From the NCBI GenBank assembly GCA_964637135.1, contig CAZWTX010000002.1:1-64000 (forward strand): DNA of 64,000 nt, in the 5' to 3' direction. The position numbers and the translations under genes are program-made. The notes below the pieces were generated by a model. It ran no database searches, was not told where the DNA came from, and was given only the letters and a program-made list of their open reading frames with translations. Origin of the DNA: an uncultured Methanospirillum sp. Lineage in GTDB: Archaea; Halobacteriota; Methanomicrobia; Methanomicrobiales; Methanospirillaceae. Position 1 is the stretch's first letter; every line of letters begins with the position of its first letter. Shown piece after piece: positions 51,261 through 59,823 of the stretch.

Positions 51261-52994
51261 TCAGATCTCCTGTGCAGCAACAAGGGAGGCATACATCCGT
51301 TTTAGGGTCACCAGTTCCTGGTGAGTCCCCCGCTCGGTGATCTCCCCCTGGTTCAGCACGAGGATCGTATCGGCATGAACGACCGTGCTGAGCCGGTGGG
51401 CGATCATGAAGACCGTTCTTCCTTTCATCAGTTCCCGGATGGTATCCCTGATCAGAAGTTCGGTTGCAGTATCAAGGTTGCTCGTCGCCTCGTCCATGAT
51501 GAGAACCGGGGCATTCTTCAGGATCGCCCGGGCAATGGCAACCCGCTGGCGCTCACCGCCGGAAAGCCGGATCCCCCGCTCCCCGACAATCGTCTCGTAC
51601 CCATCCGGAAGGCTCTCGATGAACTCGTGGATCCGGGCAAACCGGGCAGCCTGTTCGACATCGGTATCAGTTGCATCAGCCCTTCCCACCCTGATATTCT
51701 CCCGAATAGAAGTGTTGAAGAGGAAGATATCCTGGGTAACCACCGAGATCGTCCGTCGCAGATCCTCAAGCCTGAGATCCCTGATATCATGGCCGTCAAG
51801 GCGGATAGATCCCTGCTCCGGATCCCAGAACCGCATCATAAGATGGGTCAGGGTTGTCTTCCCTGCCCCGGTCAGCCCGACAATCGCTGCCGTGCATCCG
51901 GACGGAATGGAAAACGATACGCCCTTGAGCACATGTGGTTCTGCCGGTCCGTACCGGAACCAGAGATCGCTGACCTCAAGGGTTGGAGCCGAAGATATCA
52001 CCACCTGCGGGGTTCCGTTCTCGGTTACCACCGGAACATCGTCCATTACCGCAAAGAATCTTCTTGCCCCGGCAATCGTCATACTGAGCTGCTTTGATAC
52101 CTCGTTAACCTCCTTCATTGCGGCAAAGGCACCGGCGGCAAGGATCACGGTTATCGGAAGGTAAAAAGAACTGATCACTCCTTCCTGGGCGAGTATGGTT
52201 GCTTCAACAAGCACGACCACGATTCCTGCCGAGACAAGGATAGCATACGAGGCAGAGGCAGCAGCATTCACCCGTACATACGCTCCCTGTTCCCTGCGGT
52301 AATCAAGCACCAGTTTAACGATCGTTTCAAGCCGATCCTTTCCCCGTCCGAAGGCAAGGATCTCCCATATCCCTTGGACACTGTCTATGAGGAAAGATCC
52401 CATATTTGCCAGGTACAGCCTGAGCCGATCTCCTTTCTTCTCGTTCGCCCGGATGGTACATACCGGTACAAGGGCTGCAAGAATAAGGAAGACGAACAGA
52501 ATCAGTGCCAGGAAGGGATGAATGAAGGTCAGGGCAATGAGAACCAGCAGGGGGATGAAGACAGCCACCACGATCTGGGTCAGTGTATGGGCAAAGAAGA
52601 GCTCAAGGNNNNNNNNNNTGATCGCCACCGAGACGAGATCTCCTGTCCGCCGGGAGATGAAGATCGCCGGTGCGAGCGGATCCACCTTCCGATAGAACTG
52701 GGTACGAAGGTCGGAGAGGATACGAAATGCGGCGATATGGTTCAGGTATGGACCGAAATAGCCACATAGCCCGCGAAGCAGGGCCAGCACGAGAATGCCG
52801 CTCCCAATCGGGAGGAGGGAAGATGCCGGTGCATGGGTTGTTGCGGTATAGATGAGAAGGACGCCAAGAAGGCCAATTCCGATCGTCACCAGCTGTTTTG
52901 TGGCATCGCAGATCATCCCGGTAGCAAGGAGCGGAAGATGAGCCCTGACAAGGCCGGTCATCCGTGCGAGCTGATGAAACGGAGAGGAGGTCAT
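51261..52994 (-). CDS. ABC half-transporter (TMD+NBD), IrtB/YbtQ/CydC-like; spans a 10-N gap
   Basis: HIAAFRILSDLR, LELFFAH, GLTGAGKT, LSGGERQ and MDEAT motifs. Confidence 0.88.
   Translation of the reverse strand: MTSSPFHQLARMTGLVRAHLPLLATGMICDATKQLVTIGIGLLGVLLIYTATTHAPASSLLPIGSGILVLALLRGLCGYFGPYLNHIAAFRILSDLRTQFYRKVDPLAPAIFISRRTGDLVSVAIXXXXLELFFAHTLTQIVVAVFIPLLVLIALTFIHPFLALILFVFLILAALVPVCTIRANEKKGDRLRLYLANMGSFLIDSVQGIWEILAFGRGKDRLETIVKLVLDYRREQGAYVRVNAAASASYAILVSAGIVVVLVEATILAQEGVISSFYLPITVILAAGAFAAMKEVNEVSKQLSMTIAGARRFFAVMDDVPVVTENGTPQVVISSAPTLEVSDLWFRYGPAEPHVLKGVSFSIPSGCTAAIVGLTGAGKTTLTHLMMRFWDPEQGSIRLDGHDIRDLRLEDLRRTISVVTQDIFLFNTSIRENIRVGRADATDTDVEQAARFARIHEFIESLPDGYETIVGERGIRLSGGERQRVAIARAILKNAPVLIMDEATSNLDTATELLIRDTIRELMKGRTVFMIAHRLSTVVHADTILVLNQGEITERGTHQELVTLKRMYASLVAAQEI
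52609..52618. other. Assembly gap (10 N)
   Basis: Run of n characters; true gap length unknown. Confidence 1.
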
Positions 52995-54814
52995 ATGTCC
53001 CCTCCCTGAACCGATGAAGACGGATTCGTTTCAAGCATCCGGATCTGGGCCTGAACAAGCCGGGCATACTGGCCACCTGACCGAAGGAGTTCCTCATGAG
53101 TACCGGTCTCGATAATCCTTCCTTCTTCCATTACCAGGATCCGGTCTGTTCGGCGGATGGTCGAGAGCCGGTGGGCGATCACGAGCACGGTCCGGTCAGC
53201 ACAGAGAACATCAAGGGCACGCTGAATGAGTTGTTCGGATCCAGCATCGATGCTTGAGGTCGGTTCGTCAAGGAGAAGAACGGGTGCATCTTTCAGTATC
53301 GCCCGTGCAATCGCAATACGCTGTTTTTCTCCGCCGGAAAGGCGGGTTCCCCGTTCCCCGACGATCGTATCATACCCGTCCGGAAGGCCGGTTATCCACT
53401 CGTGGATATGGGCTGCCTGTGCAGCGGCAACGATCTCGTCCATGGATGCCTGTGGATTGCCGATCAGGAGGTTGTTTTTGATGGTATCATAAAAGAGATA
53501 TGTCTCCTGTGATACGAGAGAGAACTGGCGGCGAAGGTCGGGGAGGGGGATAGTGTCTATCGCCAGGTCGCCAAGACGAATGGATCCCCGGTCCGGGTTA
53601 TGGAACCGGAAGAGGAGATCGATAACCGTGCTCTTCCCGACGCCGGATGCTCCGACGAGGGCTACCGTCTCCCTGGACTGGATGGTAAACGAACACTCCT
53701 TCAGGACTTCACGTCCGGATTCATAAGAGAAACTGACATCATCAAAGACGACCCCCGGAGGTGGATTTCGCTGAAGCGTGACCGGGGTGTGAGGGCCGGT
53801 GACCACCGGGACCTCGTTCATTATCTGTTCGAGGGTATCGAGGGCCCGCTTTCCATACAGGCTGTTATGAAAATGCTGGCTGAGTGCGATAACATGTTCG
53901 TAGAAGACCGGACCAACGAGGAGAACGGTCATCACACCCTCTATCCCGAATCTGCCGGCCGTATACTGGATGCATGCATACAGGAGGGCGAGTCCGTACC
54001 CGAGATACGGCACCACATCGCAGACATAATGGACCCCGAAGAAGATCTTCAGGGCCTTGATATACGTGTCTTTCAGCCGTTCAGCCTTCTGATGAATACG
54101 TCCGGCCCGATCCCGACTGAGCCCGAACATCTTCAGGGTGGTCAGGCCCTGCAGGCTTTCTGCATAGTAGGAACTGAGGTCATGATAATCCCGCCAGATA
54201 TCCAGCTTCTCGTTCCAGGAGAGTTTATAGGAGAGGGCAACCGAGAACGGGACCAGTGGTACAAAGACCAGGAGAATGAGGGCAACCGGGAGGTCGAGCA
54301 GGAGGGTAAACGCAATAAAGAGAACAGCTGGCACGATAAAACAGAGAATCAGGCAGGGAATGAAAAAGCCGACATACTGCTCAAGCGTATCGACTCCGTC
54401 TGCGATCGTTGCCGCTATCGAGCCCGAACTCCGATGCTCGGTGTACGCCGGTCCGAGATGGAGAAGATGTTCGTATACCCGTGACCGTACCGAGAGCTTC
54501 ATCAGATCGGCCGTCCGCTGTGCGGAGATGTCCCGAAGGGCTTCAGCTCCTCCCCGGACAAGAAACAGGAGAATCATTCCTCCGATAACCGGGGCAAGAG
54601 ACGTCAGCGGACTCCCGTTAATCACCCCGGCGATGAGCATGCTCACGAGGAAGAGCATCGCGATATTCGTTCCAGAACTGATGAGTCCGGCAAGGGTTGT
54701 CACCGCCATGCTCCGGTTCATGCCTTCCGCCAGCCGGAAGATTCTCCGATCAAAGAGGGCGGAGCTCAGCCACGAAAGAAGGGATATGTTGTCTGATTTG
54801 AGTAACTCAACCAT
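52991..54814 (-). CDS. ABC half-transporter (TMD+NBD), IrtA/YbtP/CydD-like
   Basis: ESLQGLTTLKMF, GASGVGKS, LSGGEKQ and LDEPT motifs; TGA overlaps the partner ATG. Confidence 0.9.
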   Translation of the reverse strand: MVELLKSDNISLLSWLSSALFDRRIFRLAEGMNRSMAVTTLAGLISSGTNIAMLFLVSMLIAGVINGSPLTSLAPVIGGMILLFLVRGGAEALRDISAQRTADLMKLSVRSRVYEHLLHLGPAYTEHRSSGSIAATIADGVDTLEQYVGFFIPCLILCFIVPAVLFIAFTLLLDLPVALILLVFVPLVPFSVALSYKLSWNEKLDIWRDYHDLSSYYAESLQGLTTLKMFGLSRDRAGRIHQKAERLKDTYIKALKIFFGVHYVCDVVPYLGYGLALLYACIQYTAGRFGIEGVMTVLLVGPVFYEHVIALSQHFHNSLYGKRALDTLEQIMNEVPVVTGPHTPVTLQRNPPPGVVFDDVSFSYESGREVLKECSFTIQSRETVALVGASGVGKSTVIDLLFRFHNPDRGSIRLGDLAIDTIPLPDLRRQFSLVSQETYLFYDTIKNNLLIGNPQASMDEIVAAAQAAHIHEWITGLPDGYDTIVGERGTRLSGGEKQRIAIARAILKDAPVLLLDEPTSSIDAGSEQLIQRALDVLCADRTVLVIAHRLSTIRRTDRILVMEEGRIIETGTHEELLRSGGQYARLVQAQIRMLETNPSSSVQGGDI

Positions 54815-54958
54815 GGTATACCATTACACGATGTGTTGGATTGTTCATACAATTACTTACAAAATTTGATTTCATAACAACTTGCTCGGAGTTGTCATAT
54901 GTACATATCGATATCACTTCCCGGGATCCTCCTGCCGATACCGAAGGCCGGTTCCTCT

Positions 54959-55783
54959 TCAGGCAGGGATCTCCTTCAGTCCTTCGGGAGCCTGTACCGG
55001 CGTAAATGTCCCCGTCTTCACCGGGCTGACCGGCACCACATGGGGCTTTCCAAGAACGGACAGCACCACGGCCGTGACACCGTAGACCTCCTCGATCATC
55101 TCCGGCGTATAGAGTTCATCTGCCTTCCCGGCCGAGAATATCCGTCCGTCCCGGAGCATCACCATCGAATCGGTGTACCGGGCGCCGAGGTTCAGATCAT
55201 GCAGGGCAATGATCGCCGACATCTGCCGCTCCTTCACGAGATTGTTCACGATCTCGAGCACCTCGAGCTGATGCCTGATATCGAGAGCCGAGGTTGGTTC
55301 ATCAAGGAGGAGGACCTCCGGCTCCTGGCATATCGCCCGTGCCAGAAGGACCATCTGTTTCTGCCCGCCGGAAAGGCTGGCAAAATCCCGCATCGCCATA
55401 TCGCCTATCCCGAGCCGATCCAGGGTATCGGCTACCTTGTCGATATCCTCGTCACGAATCCGCCAGGCGGAATGCGGCCGTCGTCCCATCAGCACCGTCT
55501 CAAAGACGGTCGAATCCATCGCACTGGTCCCCTGCTGGGGAACTAGTCCGATCGTCTTTGCCCGTTCGACCTGGTCCATCTTCAGGATCTCCTTGCCGTC
55601 AAGGAGAATAGAACCTTTCGGCTTGAGGATGGCATCGATACACTTGATGAGTGTGCTCTTTCCTGACCCGTTCGGCCCGATGAGTCCGGTCATCTCTCCC
55701 GGACCGATACAGAAGGTTACATCATGCAGGATGTCTGCTCCGGGATAACTGAAGCAGACGCGGTTAAGATCAACATTTACCAT
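54959..55783 (-). CDS. Fe-chelate/cobalamin ABC ATPase
   Basis: GPNGSGKS, LSGGQ, LLDEPTSALD and LHDLN motifs. Confidence 0.95.
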   Translation of the reverse strand: MVNVDLNRVCFSYPGADILHDVTFCIGPGEMTGLIGPNGSGKSTLIKCIDAILKPKGSILLDGKEILKMDQVERAKTIGLVPQQGTSAMDSTVFETVLMGRRPHSAWRIRDEDIDKVADTLDRLGIGDMAMRDFASLSGGQKQMVLLARAICQEPEVLLLDEPTSALDIRHQLEVLEIVNNLVKERQMSAIIALHDLNLGARYTDSMVMLRDGRIFSAGKADELYTPEMIEEVYGVTAVVLSVLGKPHVVPVSPVKTGTFTPVQAPEGLKEIPA

Positions 55784-56913
55784 AATTCTTTCCTCTTTCG
55801 CATAAACAGAAACATAAAAAAGGGAACTCCAACAAAAGCGGTCATGATCCCGACCGGAAGGATCATCGGGGCAAGGATTGTCCGGGCAACCGTGTCGGCA
55901 CCGAGCAGGAGGATCCCACCGACGAGTGCCGATCCGGGAATCACATACCGGTTGTCTCCCCCGATGATCATCCGGGTGATATGGGGGGAGACAAGGCCGA
56001 TGAATCCGATGATCCCGCAGAACGCGGTGACCGATGCCGTAAGCAGCGCTCCGAAGACGAGTGTTCGCATCCTGACCCGTTCCACATTGATCCCAAGACT
56101 GTGGGCGGTTTCATCACCGGCCCCGATGATCGTGATCTCGGAGGCTTTCAGGATGAGATACGGGATCGAGATGACTGCAATGGTAAAAACGATAAAAATC
56201 GTCTCCCAGCTGGCTACCGAGACGCTGCCCATCATCCAGAAGACGACGGCCTGGACCTGTTCGGCAGTCCCGAGGTACTGGGTGAAGGAGGTGACGGCAT
56301 CAAGGAGAAACATGATAGCGATCCCGGCGAGGATGATCGCTTCGGGGGTCATCCCCTTGCTCTTTGCGATGGTGTAGATGACCATCGTTGCAACAAAGGC
56401 ACTGATGAAGGCGTTGAGCACGACACTGTACGATCCGAAGAACTTGACTCCCCCGATGATTGCAAGCGAGGCACCCATCGCGGCAGCCGAGGAGATGCCA
56501 AGCGTGAACGGTTCTGCCAGGGGGTTGCGGAGCACGCCCTGCATGATTGCCCCCGCAACACCGAGGCTTGCGCCGCAGACGACGGCCATCGCAATCCGGG
56601 GAAGCCGGATCTCCCAGATGATCGTACTCACCACCGATTCAGGGAGATTAAGGCCAGGAAAGATTCCGGCGAGGATAGTCATGTATACCTCGCTCAGGGT
56701 GAGATCGTACGAGCCGAACGAGGCGGCGATACCGACCAGAAGAAGAATGCCGGCAGAAATGCAGGCTAAAAACAGGACCTTCCTTCCATGGAAGTGAAGA
56801 TACTGATCCCTGATGGGAACATGTGGATCTCGCGTACCCGTGCCGGGTGCAGGTTTATCTCGGATCATGGACCGGCCGGCCTGAGAGGAACGGGGGAATG
56901 GAAAACCCGTCAC
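55777..56913 (-). CDS. FecCD/BtuC family permease
   Basis: IRLPRI, NPLAEPFTLGISS and PHITRMIIGGDNRY; close paralog of 49874-50980. Start GTG 56913 or ATG 56868. Confidence 0.95.
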   Translation of the reverse strand: MTGFPFPRSSQAGRSMIRDKPAPGTGTRDPHVPIRDQYLHFHGRKVLFLACISAGILLLVGIAASFGSYDLTLSEVYMTILAGIFPGLNLPESVVSTIIWEIRLPRIAMAVVCGASLGVAGAIMQGVLRNPLAEPFTLGISSAAAMGASLAIIGGVKFFGSYSVVLNAFISAFVATMVIYTIAKSKGMTPEAIILAGIAIMFLLDAVTSFTQYLGTAEQVQAVVFWMMGSVSVASWETIFIVFTIAVISIPYLILKASEITIIGAGDETAHSLGINVERVRMRTLVFGALLTASVTAFCGIIGFIGLVSPHITRMIIGGDNRYVIPGSALVGGILLLGADTVARTILAPMILPVGIMTAFVGVPFFMFLFMRKRKELW

Positions 56914-57740
56914 TCAGGGAGATGTTCATCTGCTCCTGAATCTGAACACGGCCCCCCAGGTTCACCGGGGGAGGGAACCGGGGGAGAAAGAGATGGGGGT
57001 TTTCCTGCAGATACGAGGAAACGGGGTCCCCAGTACCCTTCTCTGAAATACTCCATCCGGTCGGAGATGTACGGTTCGATCGATTCGATCACCGTGACGT
57101 CAGAGTACCCGGCAGAGGCCAGCAGTCCCCGGTCATATGTCGGGCGGTCTGCCTGTACCGACCAGAGGGCCTGCTTCATCTCCTCGGTGAGGTCATCACT
57201 GCGGGGATTTCGCCGTTCAGTGATCAGGGTCAGGATGGTGGAGAGGGCGGTCCAGGCTTTCCTCTTGATGGTCTTGTCGGTTTTGTACCAGTTCCCGTCC
57301 ACGTATACGACCCGTCCTCCCGGTTTTACCACCCGGAACCATTCCCTGAGGACTGCTTCCGGATTGACTGATGTCCAGAGAACGTGCCTGCTGACCACGA
57401 TGTCAAAGGAGTCATCCGGATACGGAAGCGATTCAGTATCTGCTTCTTCAAACCGGATGGAAAGATTTCTCTTCGTGGCATTTTCGCGGGCATACCCGAG
57501 CATCTCGGGAGAGAAGTCAACCCCGGTAACATCGTATCCCTTCTCCGCGAGCATGATCGCGATAACGCCCGGTCCGGTTCCGACATCAAGAACCGTTCGT
57601 GCATCGGGGGGAAATACCCTGCAGAAGAGCGCCTGCCAACGGGCAGTCTTCGAATCCCGTCCCCGGGTAACCGGGACACCATGGTTGTAGTCGTCTGCTG
57701 CCCGGTTCCAGTACTGGTTGATGCTGTCTTTCAGATTCAT
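56910..57740 (-). CDS. Class I SAM methyltransferase, island copy 5
   Basis: INQYWN, LDVGTGPG, RHVLWT, DGNWY and GYWGPRFLV; lies between SBP and permease in one operon. Confidence 0.93.
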   Translation of the reverse strand: MNLKDSINQYWNRAADDYNHGVPVTRGRDSKTARWQALFCRVFPPDARTVLDVGTGPGVIAIMLAEKGYDVTGVDFSPEMLGYARENATKRNLSIRFEEADTESLPYPDDSFDIVVSRHVLWTSVNPEAVLREWFRVVKPGGRVVYVDGNWYKTDKTIKRKAWTALSTILTLITERRNPRSDDLTEEMKQALWSVQADRPTYDRGLLASAGYSDVTVIESIEPYISDRMEYFREGYWGPRFLVSAGKPPSLSPPVPSPGEPGGPCSDSGADEHLPE

Positions 57741-57785
57741 GATAAGAAAATAAACGACAAGGTCCTGAATCAGAACCCGGCCCAT

Positions 57786-58892
57786 TCAGGGCTGTTGCGG
57801 GTAGAGGAAGACTCCATCCGAGGCTATATCAACATCGACTCCGAGGAACCGGTCCATGTACTGCTGGTGGACTGCAGTTGCATCCAGGTCAGAAAAGAGT
57901 TCGGGGTGAACAACCGGGGCAAGATAAATTGCGGCAAGCCAGGTATCACCGGTAAGGATGCTGACCGGAATGCCGTACACCTGGTTTTGTGCTATGGCAT
58001 CGACCGAGTCCATTCCGGGTAATGCCTTCAGGGTCTTGATGTTTTCTGCCATGGCAGCGGTATCCGGATTCCCGTACCCGCTGTTATGGCTCATCTCCTC
58101 GAATATAATAAATTCCGGGTTTTCCGCGATCAGGTGTTCCAGTTCGACCTCTGCCCAATCACCGGCAACATTGCTGTTGACGTCCCTGGTTCCGATGAAA
58201 TCAAGGAGGTAATGGAACCGGTTGGTGGAACCTGAACCATAGATCTTGTTCGTATCCCACTTGTACGCGTACATAACCGATGGCTTGTCAGAGGTGGTGA
58301 GGTTTGCCGTCCGGTCACGGATCATGTCCAGGTATTCCTGGCGCCAGGTTGCAAACTCCCGGGCTTTCTCTTCATTTCCCGTAATTGCGCCAAGAACAAG
58401 TGTGTTTTCCCGGGTGGGTTCGAATCCCTCGGCAATTGTCGGAAACAGGCTCGTAACGAGGACGGTAAATCCGGCATCTTCAAGCTTCCGGATCTTCTCC
58501 TCGGTCGCGTACATGCCCAGGATCACGAGGTCCGGATCCAGGGCAACCAGTTGTTCGAGATCAGGTTCGCTGCTGCTGCCAATATTGACAGCCCCGAATC
58601 CTTCCGGAGAGGGGACTTTCTCGAGAGCGGTCGTCTCATCCACTGCAACAATCGTATCAACGGCACCGATTGCCTGAAGGGTCGAGGCTACCTGCGGAAG
58701 GGCATCGATGACGGCGATTCGTTCGACCGGCTTTTGGATCGATACCTCACGGCCCATGCTGTCGATAACCGTGATGCTATCAGCTGAGTTTTCCCCGATC
58801 GTCATGATCGTGGAGGCAGAAGTCAGAGGCAGACACACGCTGATGAACAGGAGCGAAAGGATGCACAAGAGAGGGAAACTCATACGGTTCAT
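57786..58892 (-). CDS. Class III substrate-binding protein 4
   Basis: Signal peptide; DSMGREVSIQKPVERI, PDLEQLVALDPDLVI and VDAIAQNQVY motifs. Confidence 0.92.
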   Translation of the reverse strand: MNRMSFPLLCILSLLFISVCLPLTSASTIMTIGENSADSITVIDSMGREVSIQKPVERIAVIDALPQVASTLQAIGAVDTIVAVDETTALEKVPSPEGFGAVNIGSSSEPDLEQLVALDPDLVILGMYATEEKIRKLEDAGFTVLVTSLFPTIAEGFEPTRENTLVLGAITGNEEKAREFATWRQEYLDMIRDRTANLTTSDKPSVMYAYKWDTNKIYGSGSTNRFHYLLDFIGTRDVNSNVAGDWAEVELEHLIAENPEFIIFEEMSHNSGYGNPDTAAMAENIKTLKALPGMDSVDAIAQNQVYGIPVSILTGDTWLAAIYLAPVVHPELFSDLDATAVHQQYMDRFLGVDVDIASDGVFLYPQQP

Positions 58893-59009
58893 TAACACAG
58901 ATTTAATTTACATAATTAAAAAAATTTGTCATAATGATTAGGCGTTTCAAACAGGTTCCGAGTAGTGGAGGTTATTGCCTTGATTATCCTGTTGAAGTAG
59001 GAGCCATCA

Positions 59010-59570
59010 ATGGTTTTCCAATCGATGCAACGTTTACCAGTTGGATATGAATTGTTCTCCGAGTTAACTAATCTGCAGACAAACTCCACAACAGTTCAAT
59101 TACAAAAACAGGACCAGATAATGCAGGTTACCATCCTCACGGCAAGGGCAGATGATCTCTTTGTTGCCAGGGAGGAGTTCCAACGGGAAGTGACCGGAAC
59201 AACTCTGTTCCTGGGGATGTCGGCCGTGGTGCATCCCCATCATCTCGAACTCTTCCATGCAATTGCACAAAAAGGGGCAGATATCACCCATATCCTCTCG
59301 CCAGAAGCAGCGACAACCCTGAACCGCGTGTACCCGGAGATGACCCGGAAGCTGCTCTCGCTCAAGAGCAACTGCCTGTATGTCAGTTCCGAAGAGTTCT
59401 TCTGGGAATGTGTCATCACCGACAGAGCAGTCTTCTTTTCCCTTTTTACAACCGAAAAGATGACTGATCCCCTCCGGGACCTCTATACCACTGAACCGGG
59501 GGCACGGATTTGGGCAGCGGACCTCATCGCCCGGTACCGGAAGTCATCGCACCGGTTACACCTGGCCTGA
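59010..59570 (+). CDS. DUF1724/FilR1-middle-like domain protein without N-terminal HTH
   Basis: GMSAVVHP, ITDRAVFFSLF...D...DL and ARIWAADLIARY pattern; start may be ATG 59121. Confidence 0.6.
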   Translation: MVFQSMQRLPVGYELFSELTNLQTNSTTVQLQKQDQIMQVTILTARADDLFVAREEFQREVTGTTLFLGMSAVVHPHHLELFHAIAQKGADITHILSPEAATTLNRVYPEMTRKLLSLKSNCLYVSSEEFFWECVITDRAVFFSLFTTEKMTDPLRDLYTTEPGARIWAADLIARYRKSSHRLHLA

Positions 59571-59607
59571 TCATCCAGTGGATAAAAAGAAATCGCCGTT
59601 TCAACCG

Positions 59608-59639
59608 GTCTGCATGATATCGTCATTACTCATGCAGAC
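59608..59639. repeat. Perfect 10-bp inverted repeat between convergent genes
   Basis: GTCTGCATGA-N12-TCATGCAGAC. Confidence 0.7.
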
Positions 59640-59823
59640 ATCTCTGAACAACCCGGCAGGGAATCCACCCGGTAGTGCTATGCCCTCTCTACAGGTAAAA
59701 ACATATATCCCTACCGTCACCTGACATCTCATCTCTCCCAGATTGAGGGAAACGGTATCAATAAAAGACCGCACATCACGGAAGCTTCATACACAAGAAT
59801 GAAGGGAAACCCAGAATCAACCA

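Noticed and set aside
40033..58892. Island as a mobile element or defence (DNA methylation) system
   Set aside because: No integrase, transposase, att repeats or nuclease; the methyltransferases lack DPPY/NPPY/PC DNA-methylase motifs.
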